Counted from the first letter of the whole stretch, positions 37,944 through 50,548 are shown. The stretch is DNA of 63,375 bases, filler included, from Hyphochytrium catenoides (GCA_900088475.1; 6 parts of 6 records of this genome joined end to end with filler, not necessarily neighbours in it), one strand, 5' to 3'. Notes: generated from the sequence alone by a model not told the origin. Numbers and translations: made by a program.

Positions 37944-38015
37944 GGGCTTTTGGCGCAGTGGTAGCGCGTCTGCTTTGCACGCAGAAGGCCGGGGGTTCAA
38001 TCCCCCCAAAGTCCA
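37944..38015 (+). tRNA. tRNA-Ala (TGC)
   Basis: Full cloverleaf; acceptor GGGCTTT/AAAGTCC with G3:U70; anticodon loop TTTGCAC; T-loop TTCAATC; downstream T-run. Confidence 0.97.
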
Positions 38016-40639
38016 TTCTTTTTTCTTCCTCCAGCTAAGCAGAACTCCCCCGCGACAAGTCCTTGCCACAGAACGATTTATTGACAAATGCAAGATCTGC
38101 AGAAGAGCTTCAAGAAGAAGAGAGCGCTGGTTCGACTAGAAGGATGGCTGGCTTCCTGTTGCAGATGATGATAGTCTGTAGGTTCTAGAGCTTTCGTCAG
38201 ACTTTCTAGCCAATGACGGAGCGTGGACGAAGATGACAGGGCAGCCTCCCTACCGATAGACGCATTATTGCCCTGCTGTGAAGCATCTTATATACTTGTC
38301 CTTCGATGCTCTACCTCACGAGAATGAATGAGTCTATTCTCAAAGTTGGTCTTGAATGATGAGTTGCCTACTTACAATAGCCCATTAGAAGACGTGGTGG
38401 TACCTCAGCGAGCGATATATTCCTCCTGGTCGGTCCATCTTTCTTTTTCTTCCGCCCAGCCCCCGCCCTTAGACGACGAAGCCAAGCTACTGCTGTCGTC
38501 CGCGCCCAGACAATGGAGCAAAAGGATCATATTGTAGTAATAGCACGCAGCTGATCATCACAGCAGGCGATGTGAATAATAAGTGAGGCAGCATGGATTG
38601 ACGGCGACGCTTCTTCTCGATCACCTGGTTGCTGATAAGAACAGACAACCGAGGAAGAAGTCGGACGGGCGAAAGAGCAACCAGGAGAAGAGAGATATCA
38701 TGTGAGCCGCCGCTAAAGACTACTACAGCCGCTCCGCTCTTGATCTAGTATCTTTTCTATCAGGAACTGAAGCTACTAGTAGGTTGAGGCCTCAACCAAG
38801 AGAGCACTTGTGCTCTAACTATATAAAGTAGTGGTAACAACCATCATCTTCAATCACTTATGATGGTTCGTCCGCCTTGTGCTAGCGACTATCATTATTT
38901 CTCAACAAGGCCCGCTGCCCGCTGCACTTGTCAGAGACATGAAGAAGGACCAGAGTCTTGCCAGATAGAGTATCGAATTCCCAGCCCCCAACACAGGGAA
39001 AATAAGACTGCAGATTGAGGATTAGAAATTTGCCTGGCACCATAATGAGGAAGCACGAAGGAGGCACTAGAACGGTACAGTCATCAAAGGATAGACAAAG
39101 TGACAAGCAGAGGCCTCCTGAAGGAGCTACTTAACTACAGCGATAGCACCAGGTGTAACATACTAAAGGACGAGGAGAGATTCGGTGGCCTTATTTCCAA
39201 CGACAACTGAAGATGCTAATAATAGACTCCTTGGATTCGGCGAGACAGGGGACAGGAGGCACGCAAAATAGAAGAGTAATGACAAGATGGGGATGAAGGA
39301 TAAATAAAGTTGCGATGCGAGACGACTGAGGCCATGATGGAGCGGACAGGAAGCTGCAGCAGGGAAATGTGTAACTGTTATCCCAGATTATTAGCATCTG
39401 TGCCTAGACAGGGAACTATGCGAGCAACAGGAGGAGGGAAAAAAGAAAGGAAGGAGCGTTGCATGCTCTCGACCTAATAAGGGACGAAGAGGAGGTGGAA
39501 TCAGAATAGGCACCACGACTAACTAGTAGTAACAGAAGATAGCCGCGGTATGGGGAGAAGAGGAGCCAAACAAACTACAAAGACAGAGCGACGCTTTGAT
39601 GATGTCTAATGAGTAATATCGGAAAAGGGATTGGCTGTTTTTAGATGGCTTCATTTTCCTCGCAATCTTTCTTCTTCTCTCTTCTCCTCCTCCTCCTCCA
39701 TGCTGCTGAATCTCTGTCACCGACTCGCTCTTTCTCTCTCGCTCTGTGTTCTCTTTTGTCAATAAGACTACTCCCGTCTGATACACAATCTTTATCTTCA
39801 CTTTTACAGCTCAACTCTCTGCTACCGCACCGCACCCTTAGGAACTACTACCCCCTTCTTGTTCCGTTCTCAGTCTTCCCGCTCCTTGCCCTCCTTCTTC
39901 CCTCTCTTGGCTTCCCGTGTCGGCCGTTTGCTGTACTTTTTCCTCTCATCCTTCGCTCAGCTCTACGTTTTCACCTCCCCATATCTCTGCCACACAACAT
40001 AATAGACCTCCAGAATTGCCCCTTGTGGTCACACCACCAAGCTGCAAGCAGCAGTTTTCCTCATCACCCGGCTTGGTCCCTGTTTGACTCTCGTTGTTGT
40101 TGGCAGTGGGTCGTTCGTCCTTCCTTGTTTCGCAGGTTGTTCTTCTGCCAGGGCTTCCAATTACTAGGCGTTCGTGATCCTACTGGCCACTGTCAAACTG
40201 CAAGCAGTGCATTCTCCCGGCTGTTCTATCTTTATCCTCCTCTTTCTTCTTCTTCTTGCTTCGATGATGATGGATCATCCTCGCGATCATGGTGATGACC
40301 GGCTCGCCATCATCACTTCTCCCACATTGAGGAGTTACACCCACCACTCATAAGATGTTCAGTTACCACATTGTTTGATTCTTCTTTGATTCTTATCACT
40401 TTGAAACCTCTACAAGCATCTGTATAATGGGGCCGAAAGGGAAAGGGATAGTCGTTAATGTGGCTGTGGTCCTGTTCGAGAGGGTCTGTAACCTCTTGCA
40501 GTTAGATTGTGACTGAAAGGTTTCTTTCTGCCCCTTTGCAGGTCCTCTGACACCATTTAACCCGTCTCTCTCNNNNNNNNNNNNNNNNNNNNNNNNNNNN
40601 NNNNNNNNNNNNNNNNNNNNNNNNNNNNNNNNNNNNNNT

Positions 40640-40673
<34 letters not shown>

Positions 40674-40728
40674 TTCTCTCTCGGTCTCGCTCCCGCTCTC
40701 TCCTCTCTCTCTTTCTCTCTCGCTCCCG

Positions 40729-40759
<31 letters not shown>

Positions 40760-40961
40760 GCTCTCGCTCTCGCTCTCGCTCTCTCTTTCTTCCCCTCGTC
40801 TTTCTATCTCTCCAACTCATCTCTCTCACTCTTTCCCCACCTCTCGCTCTCGCCTTCCTGACGGTGGCAGGGGCCAGAGAGACAGAGAGCAGAGAGAGAA
40901 AAAGGCCTTCCACTGATGAGCCGGTTGTCCCAGCCAAACGGACATATCTCACGGCCTCTCT

Positions 40962-41002
<41 letters not shown>

Positions 41003-41559
41003 TCTCACATTCTCCCTGTGTGTTATCTTCCCGTGCCCTGACTCTCATTGACCCCTCAACCTTGCTGTCTGTGTCCGCATCCCCCGCCACACAGCGCCAC
41101 CCGCCTAACGGCAGCCCTTTCGCCCTAAAACTCTTCCCCAGAGAGTGGAGAAAGGTCCTGGCGCAGTCTCTCCTTGCACTCTCTCTTCTCTTCCCTAGAA
41201 AACGTTTCCCTTCTCTCTCTCCTTGGAAAGTCTGCCTGCTCGCGTCAGTGCACCCTCCACCCTCACAACACAATCTGAAGCTTCGACAGCACGTTTCCCC
41301 ATCTCTCACTCTCTTTTTCTTTCTCTCCTTCTCTCTCTCTCCCTCTTTCCTCGTCCCAGCACAAGTTGAGGCAATGCATTCAACTCAATAGAGCTCAAGC
41401 AGAGGAAGAAGCCACGGCTGGCGGCAGGGCCATCCCGAGCCAAGCAACCGGGAGACAGAGCTCCTTCCAATCCTTCATTTCTTAAATTCTCTCTCTCTCC
41501 ATAGACATACAGTCTCTCCCCATCATCGGGACGAGACTCAGAGAGAAAAAGAAGCCAAA

Positions 41560-42981
41560 ATGAAGGACATCTCCCCCGTAACCTCTTCCTTCTCCTACGA
41601 CTACCGCTGGAACCGGATCTTCACCATCGGCGATGGCTACAGCCCGCGCACTGGACACACTGTCGTCGCCTATCAAAACTCTCTCTACGTCTTTGGCGGC
41701 ACAGACCGGCGCAGACGGCAGCAAGATCTCTTCAGATTTGACACTGAAGCTTCACGATGGTTCCCCGTGCCAACGACAGGACCGCCGCCTCCCCGACGAT
41801 CAGGGGCGCTAGGCGTCGTGCACCAGGGCAGAATGTACATCTTTGGCGGGTATGACGGGCGTGATGGGAACTATTTCAACGATCTGTACTCCTTCCACTT
41901 TGCCTCTGGCACCTGGGAGCAACTGTCTTGCAAGGGCCATCTCCCTGAGGCGCGGACGGACCATACGATGGTGCTCTACGAGGACGCCATCTACATCTTT
42001 GGCGGCTATGACGGGCATACACGGTATAACAATATCTATCGCTTCAACATCCTGACAGCCACCTGGGACGCCGTCCCATCCACGGGGACCGTTCCTTCTC
42101 GCAGGTTTGGCCATTCAGCCGTGGTAGATGAGTCCACAGGCGTGATGGTGGTCTTTGGAGGCTGGGACGGGCGCCACACGCTGGATGACTTGCATGTCTT
42201 TGACTTCAAGACCTGCCGCTGGGCTGTGGTTGATCCTCTGGGCAAGCGGCCGCCCCATCGGTACCGCCACACTTGTGTGGGCTTCGGAGGGAATATGTTC
42301 CTCTTTGGCGGCGTAGACAAGTCCCATCGGCGCTTCAATGACCTCCAGAGGCTCGATCTCGCTTCGATGACCTGGACTGAGCTCGTCACCTGCGGCTCTG
42401 TTCCTAGCAGTCGGACTTTCCATAGAGCGGCGGTCTTAGGGAGCGTCATGTTCATGCTTGGCGGCTATGATGGGACTGACCGCCTCCACGACATCTTCTC
42501 CATCCACATTGGGCCTCTGTCTGCGCCCTCGCTCCTCTCCATCTGCACAGGATACGTGAGGGACAATGTGAAGGAAGTGGTGGATCATACCAAGTTTGAC
42601 GCTGTGCCAAAGCATGTCGTCTCCGGGGTTATTTGGCAGAGAGATAGGGCTGGCGTCCTCCGCGGTCGCTGTCTCAAGTGCCCTGAAGGTGTCTGCCCCT
42701 GCCACACTCCGAACACTCTCTCTTCTTCCTCCACGTCTCCTCGCGGGGACAACAATGAGGAAGGGAAGAACAAAGAGAGAGAAAAGAGAGTAGAGAAGTG
42801 CGCATGCTCTCATCTTCCTTCTGAGCACGAGACGGTGGAAGAGGATGAACTCTATGCCCGGGAAGACTGTGATTATGTCCTGCAGGACCCTGATCCAGAT
42901 CCCGATCCTGACTGCACCAAAGACAAGGATCTTTTCAAATTCAGACCCAGGCTTAGACTACTACGGGGAGTGCCTCTCTAG
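41560..42981 (+). CDS. Kelch-repeat protein (6 blades) with BC-box-like and Cys/His-rich C-terminus, intronless, 473 aa
   Basis: Six repeats of R..H....(Y/V/F/M)(V/I/L/M)(F/L)GG.D; then APSLLSIC..VRDN and CLKC...CPCH...CACSHLPSEH. Confidence 0.9.
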   Translation: MKDISPVTSSFSYDYRWNRIFTIGDGYSPRTGHTVVAYQNSLYVFGGTDRRRRQQDLFRFDTEASRWFPVPTTGPPPPRRSGALGVVHQGRMYIFGGYDGRDGNYFNDLYSFHFASGTWEQLSCKGHLPEARTDHTMVLYEDAIYIFGGYDGHTRYNNIYRFNILTATWDAVPSTGTVPSRRFGHSAVVDESTGVMVVFGGWDGRHTLDDLHVFDFKTCRWAVVDPLGKRPPHRYRHTCVGFGGNMFLFGGVDKSHRRFNDLQRLDLASMTWTELVTCGSVPSSRTFHRAAVLGSVMFMLGGYDGTDRLHDIFSIHIGPLSAPSLLSICTGYVRDNVKEVVDHTKFDAVPKHVVSGVIWQRDRAGVLRGRCLKCPEGVCPCHTPNTLSSSSTSPRGDNNEEGKNKEREKRVEKCACSHLPSEHETVEEDELYAREDCDYVLQDPDPDPDPDCTKDKDLFKFRPRLRLLRGVPL

Positions 42982-43458
42982 GTCACTCTCTTCCCCTCTC
43001 TCTCTCTTTCGCCGTGCCTAGAAGGAACTACCAGGCAAACGTCCATGTCTCTGGCTCTCTGTTGCTTCCGCTCTCCTTTCTGTCTCTTCGCGAGTTCTGA
43101 TCATAGTGTTTACTACGTTGTCCATAGTGCGTCGCCCATTGAATTATAAATGCCATTCATACGAGCTAAAGATTTTATAGCATTTCCGAGTTGCAAAAAG
43201 AGAGAGAGAGAGAGAGGCAGGGAGAGAGAAGGTCATGCTCCGTTGAGTCTGTCTATCCCCATTCGCGGTCTCTCTCTGCGAATGTGCACAGGAGCATAAC
43301 CGCGCATCTGTCTCCGGGAGCTGTTCCTCCTGAGCTTTCTCCTTCACTGGCTCCATAAACTGACCAATGTCAGGGAGTGGTGGGGGACGTTTACTCTCCT
43401 TCATGGGCGTCTGACAAGCCAAACACACGGAGTTCTATCACTGCTCTCGGCCGCTAAG

Positions 43459-45880
43459 CTAGCCACTTCTATTGTTAAGTGTTACTCTATGACTATTCTG
43501 CTCAACTTGCATCCTCTCCTCAGTCGGAGCCTCCTCCTCACCTCTAAGGAGAGAGAGAGTGCGATCGCGGAACTCGGCCCACTCTCCTGCGGCTATCGAT
43601 TCCCTTATCGCCGCAAAGAAGGCTAAGAAATTGCTAATATTGTGCTGCATAAGGAGCACAGACCCTAACATCTCTCGCGCGTTCAGCAGGTGGTTCAAAT
43701 AAGCGCGAGAGTGGTTGCGACAGGTAAAACACGCACACGTAGGAAGGATCGGACCACTGTCTCGCACTAGTCGCTTGTCTCTCAGGTTTAACTTTAGCGT
43801 GTCTGTCCCAACTGGAGGACCAGTGATGTCCCTCGTCTTCCTTCTTCTGACTCCTTGCCAGTCAATAAGAGATGCAAGACCTAGTTGAGAGAGAAGAAAA
43901 GGGTAGAAAGAAGAGAATAGGTCCACGCCCTCGTCCACTGCCAGGAGGATCTCTTCATAGCTGGAGAGACCGCTAATGAGTCTGGGAGAGCGTTCCGGGA
44001 GCTGTGGCATGAGAGAGCGCAGAAGGACAGCCCGCTCTCCAGCAGCTTCCCCCAGCCCAAAGCCAGCCAACAGGTACCCTAGTCGAATAGATGCACGTAC
44101 GAAGGTGAATAGGATGCATGCCAAGAGACAGATAGCAACAACACAGAAGGAAAAAAGAAGAGAGAGACACTGAGGCGGAGGAGAGAAGGAGAAAGGGACA
44201 AAAGGTAGGAAGACCTGCAGGGACAGAGCGTGTCGAAGGCAAGGGTAAGCACTTCTCTCTGCCAGGACCAGGACTATCCGGGAAGGAAGAGATACTGAGG
44301 TCAAAAGGGCAGCGGAAGGAGAGAAAGAGGAGACATACCGTCAACCTCTTCTCTCTGCAAGATCTCCTTGACGCTTCGACTTCGTAGATCACTGGATGTA
44401 CCTCCTACAATGGCTCCGAACAGAAAGTCTTTCTCTCCCTTCTCCTTCAAACACACATCCAACCACCTGAGAGACGTCTCCAAAGCCTTTCTTTGCCGTT
44501 TCTCCCCGGTGGAGCTTGGCACCTGAGGCAACAAGAAGCATTAGAAAAGCTAGAGAGGGATTTGGACGAATAGAGAGAAGAGAGAAAGGCCAGATAGCAC
44601 CAACAAATTGCATATAAGAGACTTCGATTTTCTCGGTGTCCTGTCGTCGTTCTCTCTGCTCTCCTTCCGCTAGCATGCCGATAGATGACGGGACGCTCTC
44701 TATTGCCCACTTTTTGGGCCCCATGCTCTCCCTCACCTCATCATACATTGCCACATAGCAATCGGGACTAAGGTCTTGGACAGCTCTACAGAAGGCGGAG
44801 ATGCTGAGCATCCTGCGGCCATTCCCAGACTCGATACTCTTCTCACTGGCACCGACTGTACCGGCCTCCTACACAAGGAGTTCGCGATGGCAAGTGCAGT
44901 GGTTAGACAACGTAAGGGACAAGGATGGCTTGGAAATAGAACTGACTCGGTCCCAACCAGAATGGGGAGGCCACTGTGAGGAGATGGGAGAATGGCCAAA
45001 AGAGAGCATAGCGATATACTACTAGGCGATGGAGAACAAGGAGTTAAGATAGAAGTAAGGCCATATCGCAGGCATAGTCTACCCATGGCGGACACAATAA
45101 TGTGCGCCAAAGCACAGGGATGGAAGGGGAGAGACGACAACTCTGTGTGGATCTCACCGGAAAGTGCTTTGGATCGCGCATCAGCAGGATGAGAAACTCC
45201 TCTTTGCTGTTCAAGAACTGCGAAAGAGGAAGGTCTGCGCCTGAGGCCTTCTTCGCATCAGTCAGAGCCCACCTACAGCCGTATTGAGAGTGGTGGGAGA
45301 CAGAGAAAAGTGTGGAGGAATAAAAGGAAAGAGAGAGCGAGAGCGAGAGCGAGACAGAGGAAGAGAGAAGTCAGGAAGAATCTGTTAGATTGTGCTTCGG
45401 AGCTCGGCATGATCTGGAGCGTCCTACATGTCCGCGAAAGGCAGTCCGAGAGCTTGAAGAGGCAACTGTTGGCGCAAGTCTGGGGTACCATTTGACAGAG
45501 GAGCCACGTAAAGGAGAGACATAGAGTTAGATCTGACAGGAACTTCATTGAAGGAAAGAACGAAGGTGGATTGAGGGAGCTCTGACAGGAGAAGCAAGCA
45601 CTGCGAGTAGGGTACAGAGCCAGCCACCGGAAGGGGTGTGAGACAGATTCAGGGCCAAGGGTGCAACCGTAAGCGGGGAAGTAAAGGGACGGGAAGAAGC
45701 GGTACCGTTCATGAGTAAGGGAAGAGTGCCCATTTCAGTATACGGTACGAACGCTGGAGTCTCTATTCGTCGCCGCCTGGAAGTGCCCTCTGTTCCCTTC
45801 TCTGACACCTGAAACAGTCCACATCTGGCCCTTGGGGCGCCATCGGTTGACGTGACACTGAAGGTTGCCTTCTCCCTCAT
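43459..45880 (-). CDS. QTRT2: Queuine tRNA-ribosyltransferase accessory (non-catalytic) subunit, 6 exons
   Basis: ARCGLF..IETPAFVPYT, FGAIVGG, GYLLAGFG, GVDLFSSFYP, Zn site CACFTC.NHSRAYLNHLLNAREML...HN. Exons splice in frame. Confidence 0.88.
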
Positions 45881-46239
45881 GTCAGCTTGTGGCAGATGAG
45901 GTAGCCGATCGATCCCCGAGATGGCTGCAGACTAACAATGCGTCCTGAAAAGAGATGTAGCGAGTCTAAACTAACCAGTGCACATTTGACGCTAACGCTG
46001 TGCTCATCAGGCGACACAAGGGCATCCCATGAAGCTTCAGCGCGTGCTGGCCTCTGCCTTGGCAATGACTCTAATGCAGGCGACAGCAGAGCTGGCGTCA
46101 GAAACGCGATAAGCTCTTTTATCTAAAGAATGCGGAAGAGACAGAGCTCAAGAGATGCGAACCCAATGCCAACGAACCAACATAACAACAAATATGAACC
46201 TTCATACATTGTGATCAACCCTCCCTTGCCAGCATCGAA

Positions 46240-46312
46240 GGTCGTATAGCTCAGTCGGTAGAGCGTAGCGCTAATAACGCTACGGTCCAGGGTTCGAGCC
46301 CCTGTATGACCA
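46240..46312 (+). tRNA. tRNA-Ile (AAT), copy 1
   Basis: Cloverleaf GGTCGTA...TATGACC-A; anticodon stem TAGCG/CGCTA, loop CTAATAA; T-run follows. Confidence 0.97.
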
Positions 46313-46488
46313 TTCTTTTTCCTTTGGGGGAACGCTACTCTGCAGACCTGTAGAAGATTAAGGAGCAAAGTGCCTTTATTAGTACTCCTCCTACGACAGC
46401 TACTTGTACTCGTAGGGCTATGAGCTTGGTTCGGTGCCGAGTTGGAACCTTGATGACGCGATGTATGACCACTCTGATTATCGAATGT

Positions 46489-46561
46489 GGTCGTATAGCT
46501 CAGTCGGTAGAGCGTAGCGCTAATAACGCTACGGTCCAGGGTTCGAGCCCCTGTATGACCA
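46489..46561 (+). tRNA. tRNA-Ile (AAT), copy 2, identical to copy 1
   Basis: Same 73 nt, followed by a T-run. Confidence 0.97.
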
Positions 46562-46746
46562 ACCTTTTTGCAAGCTTAACATTTTTCGTCTTGAGCAATG
46601 ACTCCGCAAAAGTCTTACTTGAATAGTAAAGCCTTGTGGAGTAATAAAGCTGGGAATAAAGCAGCATTATCAATCTGCCCAGTTCACCTCAGACAGAGTA
46701 CGTAAAGAAACAAAACTTCGGACTGTTTCTTCAATATCTAAGCCAT

Positions 46747-46786
46747 GGTCGTATAGCTCAGTCGGTAGAGCGTAGCGCTAATAACG
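46747..46786 (+). pseudogene. 5' half of a third tRNA-Ile(AAT), interrupted just after the anticodon loop
   Basis: First 40 nt identical to copies 1 and 2, then unrelated sequence up to the linker. Confidence 0.9.
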
Positions 46787-47022
46787 GCAACCTCTTTATG
46801 GATAGGGTGATCGGTTCAAATGTTAGCCGTTAGCGGGCTAACGGCAAAAACCTCAGCTCCACCGACCTTAGGTCNNNNNNNNNNNNNNNNNNNNNNNNNN
46901 NNNNNNNNNNNNNNNNNNTTAATTAATTAANNNNNNNNNNNNNNNNNNNNNNNNNNNNNNNNNNNNNNNNNNNNAGAGAGAGAGGGAGGGAGAGAAGAAG
47001 ACAGCGAGAGAGACAATCCACT

Positions 47023-47072
<50 letters not shown>

Positions 47073-47124
47073 GATAAGGGTAGAGAGAGAGAGAGAGAGT
47101 GTGTGAAGACATCCATCCTCTTAC

Positions 47125-47441
47125 CAAATCGATAAAGACTTCTCCCTTCTGCGGCTGTGCCCATCTCAGTATGTGAAAGAATCCTTCTGGCGTCACCTCT
47201 CCATAGGTGAGAGAGCGGTCTCCAGTCTCCTGCCAGAGAGGGAGAGAGAGACCTTGTCTCTCCAGANNNNNNNNNNNNNNNNNNNNNNAGAGAGAGAGAG
47301 AGAGAGAGAGAAAAGAAAGAAAGAAAGAAAGATAGAGAGAGGGGGGTTCATAGGAGGGCCAAGCAGTCTTCTCTTCCCTTACCTTTCATTCTTCGTATTG
47401 GCCTTTGCCTGTTCCTTGGACTGCTTCTTCTGGCGCCACAT
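47125..47441 (-). CDS. N-terminal fragment of a DOT1-like class I SAM methyltransferase, truncated at the linker
   Basis: SLTYGEVTPEGFFHILRWAQPQKGEVFIDL then GTAAG donor. Fits the YGE...F.DLGSG pattern, but GSG itself is not seen. Confidence 0.6.
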
Positions 47442-47663
47442 TTTACCTCTTCCTCGTCTTTTCCTCCTCCTCCTGCTGGAAGAAGAAGATGCGGAGGACT
47501 CTGGGAGGAGGAGGAACTGTGACAGCGAGGTGTCGTCTCTCTTCTACATCGTTCAAGGTGTCTCCATCCTCACTCATCTCTCTCTCTTTATCTCTCTCCA
47601 CTGGCTCTCTTGGATTGAGACCCGTCCTCTCCCCTTTTCGTCCATATTTCCTCTTTTCCTGGT

Positions 47664-47725
<62 letters not shown>

Positions 47726-47767
47726 TCTCTCTCTCTCTGTCCCTCTTCCTCTCTCTGTCTCTCTCTG

Positions 47768-47805
<38 letters not shown>

Positions 47806-48635
47806 CCTCTCTCTCCCTCTCTCCTCTCCCCCCCTCCCACCTTCCTGTCTCCTCGCTCTTCTCTCTTGTGACTCGACGAACCACAAGTAAGTATTGATAC
47901 TTGTAAGTCTCCAATACTTGCACTTCAAAGCAATAAAAGATTGACAGCTGCTACAAGTAGCTTGATGCCTACAAGTCCCTCCAGGCAAAAATGTTACATC
48001 GAGTACTTATAACCCTGCCCCCAAGAGTAGTATTAAAGACGGGCTTTCGACTTATACTTAAGTACTTTCTGGCGCCTCAGCAGAGAAGAGCGCTGCTGCC
48101 CGCGCCGCCTTCCCTGACACGCGCGCTGCTTCTGATCATCACCACGCAGTATCTCCTGCCTCCTGCTGGCGCCAACAGTCCGGCCCTGTCCGCCCTGACT
48201 GCTAATAGACATAATAGAGAGTGGTGATGCAGCAGCGGCAAGAGCATCCATCATCAGTAGTTGTCGACCACCAACATAGAACATTAGAAGGATGATGTGG
48301 ATGGAGGACGAGGGAGGACTGCGACCCCGACCGGCAGCCGCTCCAGCAACAACTCGCCACAACTTGTCGTCATTATCATCGCTAGTAGAAGGGAAAAGAA
48401 GGGAGAGGAAGGATGATCGTCGCTCTTGGGATCAAGGAATCTATCAATCCGTCAAGGGCTTTAGGATACGATGGAGTGCAAGGAGGGTGGACCATATTAT
48501 CAGTCGATTGACGTCTGAAGAGTCTCTCCATGCGAGATAATATGTGACATTGATTAGTCTATAGAAATAGATATTAACAAGTCTATCGATCTACCTAACT
48601 ATTGCCTGCCCTCGAGGGATAGCGTCCAAGCTCTA

Positions 48636-48668
48636 TTAAAAATCTGAAGCGAAAGGATAGATTGATGA

Positions 48669-48730
<62 letters not shown>

Positions 48731-50225
48731 CGTATTCTCCTCTCTCCCTGCGCATATTATGAACGCCCTCGGATTGACTTGGCAATGTTTGGAAGCGATG
48801 CATATTTGCCCTAGAGCCAACAACTAACTGAGAACTTTCGAGGGCGGAGAGTGAGAGAGAAGAGAAGAGAGGCAGACAAGAGATAGACAGGAATGGGAAC
48901 AGCATTAGATGATCAATAGAGAGTGGCGCTCACCTTGACTACTTTCTCTCCTGTCTCTCCTGGCTTGATAAGAGCGTTGCCTGCTTTGATGTACGACTCT
49001 GCTGGCTTCACAGGCACTGGAGGCAGCTTCCAGACTGGAACCTTTCCTTTCTCCTCTCTCGCAGCCTTCCTCTCTGAGAAAAGTCGTGTCGACGGAGATG
49101 GGTCGGAAGTAGGAGACAGAGGAAAGAGAGAAGCGTGAGTATGCATAAGAGCAAAGGATGAAGGGTAAAATCCGAAGAAGAGAAAGAGCAAAAGAGAGAG
49201 AGAGATGTGTTGTCGGTGATGCCTAGAGAGAGATAAAAGAGCTGTAACGAAGCCCTGGCAGGGATGTATCGACGCAGCAAGGTAACAAATCAACCGTCAC
49301 CGCTAAGGACTCTCGCCCAAGAGAGAGAGAGAGAGAGACAGAGAGAGAAAGATGACAAAGTGCAGGAAGAGACTCTGGGAGAGCGTAAGAATATTGGAAA
49401 CAAAGGAGGAGATTGCCGATCGAAGACAAGCATGGCGAGACTACCTTTCCTTTTCTCAGCAACTCCAAGACTTGCTAGCACCAGAGCCGACTGCTGACTC
49501 TCAAAGGGATCCACTGGAGATGGGGGACGGAACCCAAGGAGGGGAAGAGAGAACAAGGAGAGGCATCGAGGGAGACGTGGGAGGATGGTAAGTGGACAGT
49601 AGGACATCATCAACAGGTGGAGGAGGGGTCCGGAAGAATGAAAGAGGAGGACAGATAACAGTCAAGGAGATAAAGATAGAGAGATAGAGAGAGAGAAGGG
49701 CAAGAAAGAGAGAGAGAAAGAGAAAAGTTGAGAGACTGACTTTCCAACTCCTGGAGAGAGNNNNNNNNNNNNNNNNNNNNNNNNNNNNNNNNNNNNNNNN
49801 NNNNNNNNNNNNNNNNNNNNNNNNNNNNNNNAGAGAGAGAAAGAGAGAGAGAAAAATAGCGGGTCCTTTAATGACAACTGCGTACCACAGGGGCTATTGG
49901 GTGAGCTGCTCTCTCTTGTTGCGCTCTCTTTGTGGTCTCTCTCCTTACTATAAAGGGGAGTCGAGGGAATGACATCCACGATAAGCGGAGAAGAGGAAGT
50001 GGGAAAGAAATCTGCAGGAGAGAGAAGGTAGGTGTGTAAGTGAAGAGAGAGAGTGGTGAGAAGAGGAATATGGAAGAGAGTGAGACAAGGTGAGAAAGAG
50101 AGAGTGAGAGAACTGTGGGCAGAGAGAAGAGAGGGAAGATAGAGAGAGAGAGAAAGAAGGGAGAGGGAGAGTAAGTGGGGCAAGTTATAAGCAACAGCGT
50201 GTAGAAGCAAGGTACATTGTACCGG

Positions 50226-50256
<31 letters not shown>

Positions 50257-50503
50257 GCGCCCGGCAGACAGACGACAAGAAGAAAGAGAGAGGAAACCGA
50301 AAAGAAAGAGTAAAAAAAAAGAGAGGAAGGAAGAGAGCACAAGGGAGCAAGAAAGGCGAAAGGGATCCAACCCAAACGTACCGCTGTGGTGCCTTGTTCT
50401 GTTGAGATCCACTGTCAGGAGAGAAGGCGCGGAAGAGAGTCAATGGACTTATCAGAGAAGAGACAGAGGACAAATCCCTGTTACCAGGAGAATCCAGCTC
50501 TCC

Positions 50504-50548
<45 letters not shown>

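Noticed and set aside
43459-46561. QTRT2 next to tRNA genes as a functional cluster
   Set aside because: Queuosine modifies GUN-anticodon tRNAs (Asp, Asn, His, Tyr), not Ile(AAT); probably coincidental.
46747-46874. Third tRNA-Ile as an intron-containing tRNA
   Set aside because: No 3' anticodon strand (CGCTA) or acceptor strand (TATGACC) follows before the contig end.
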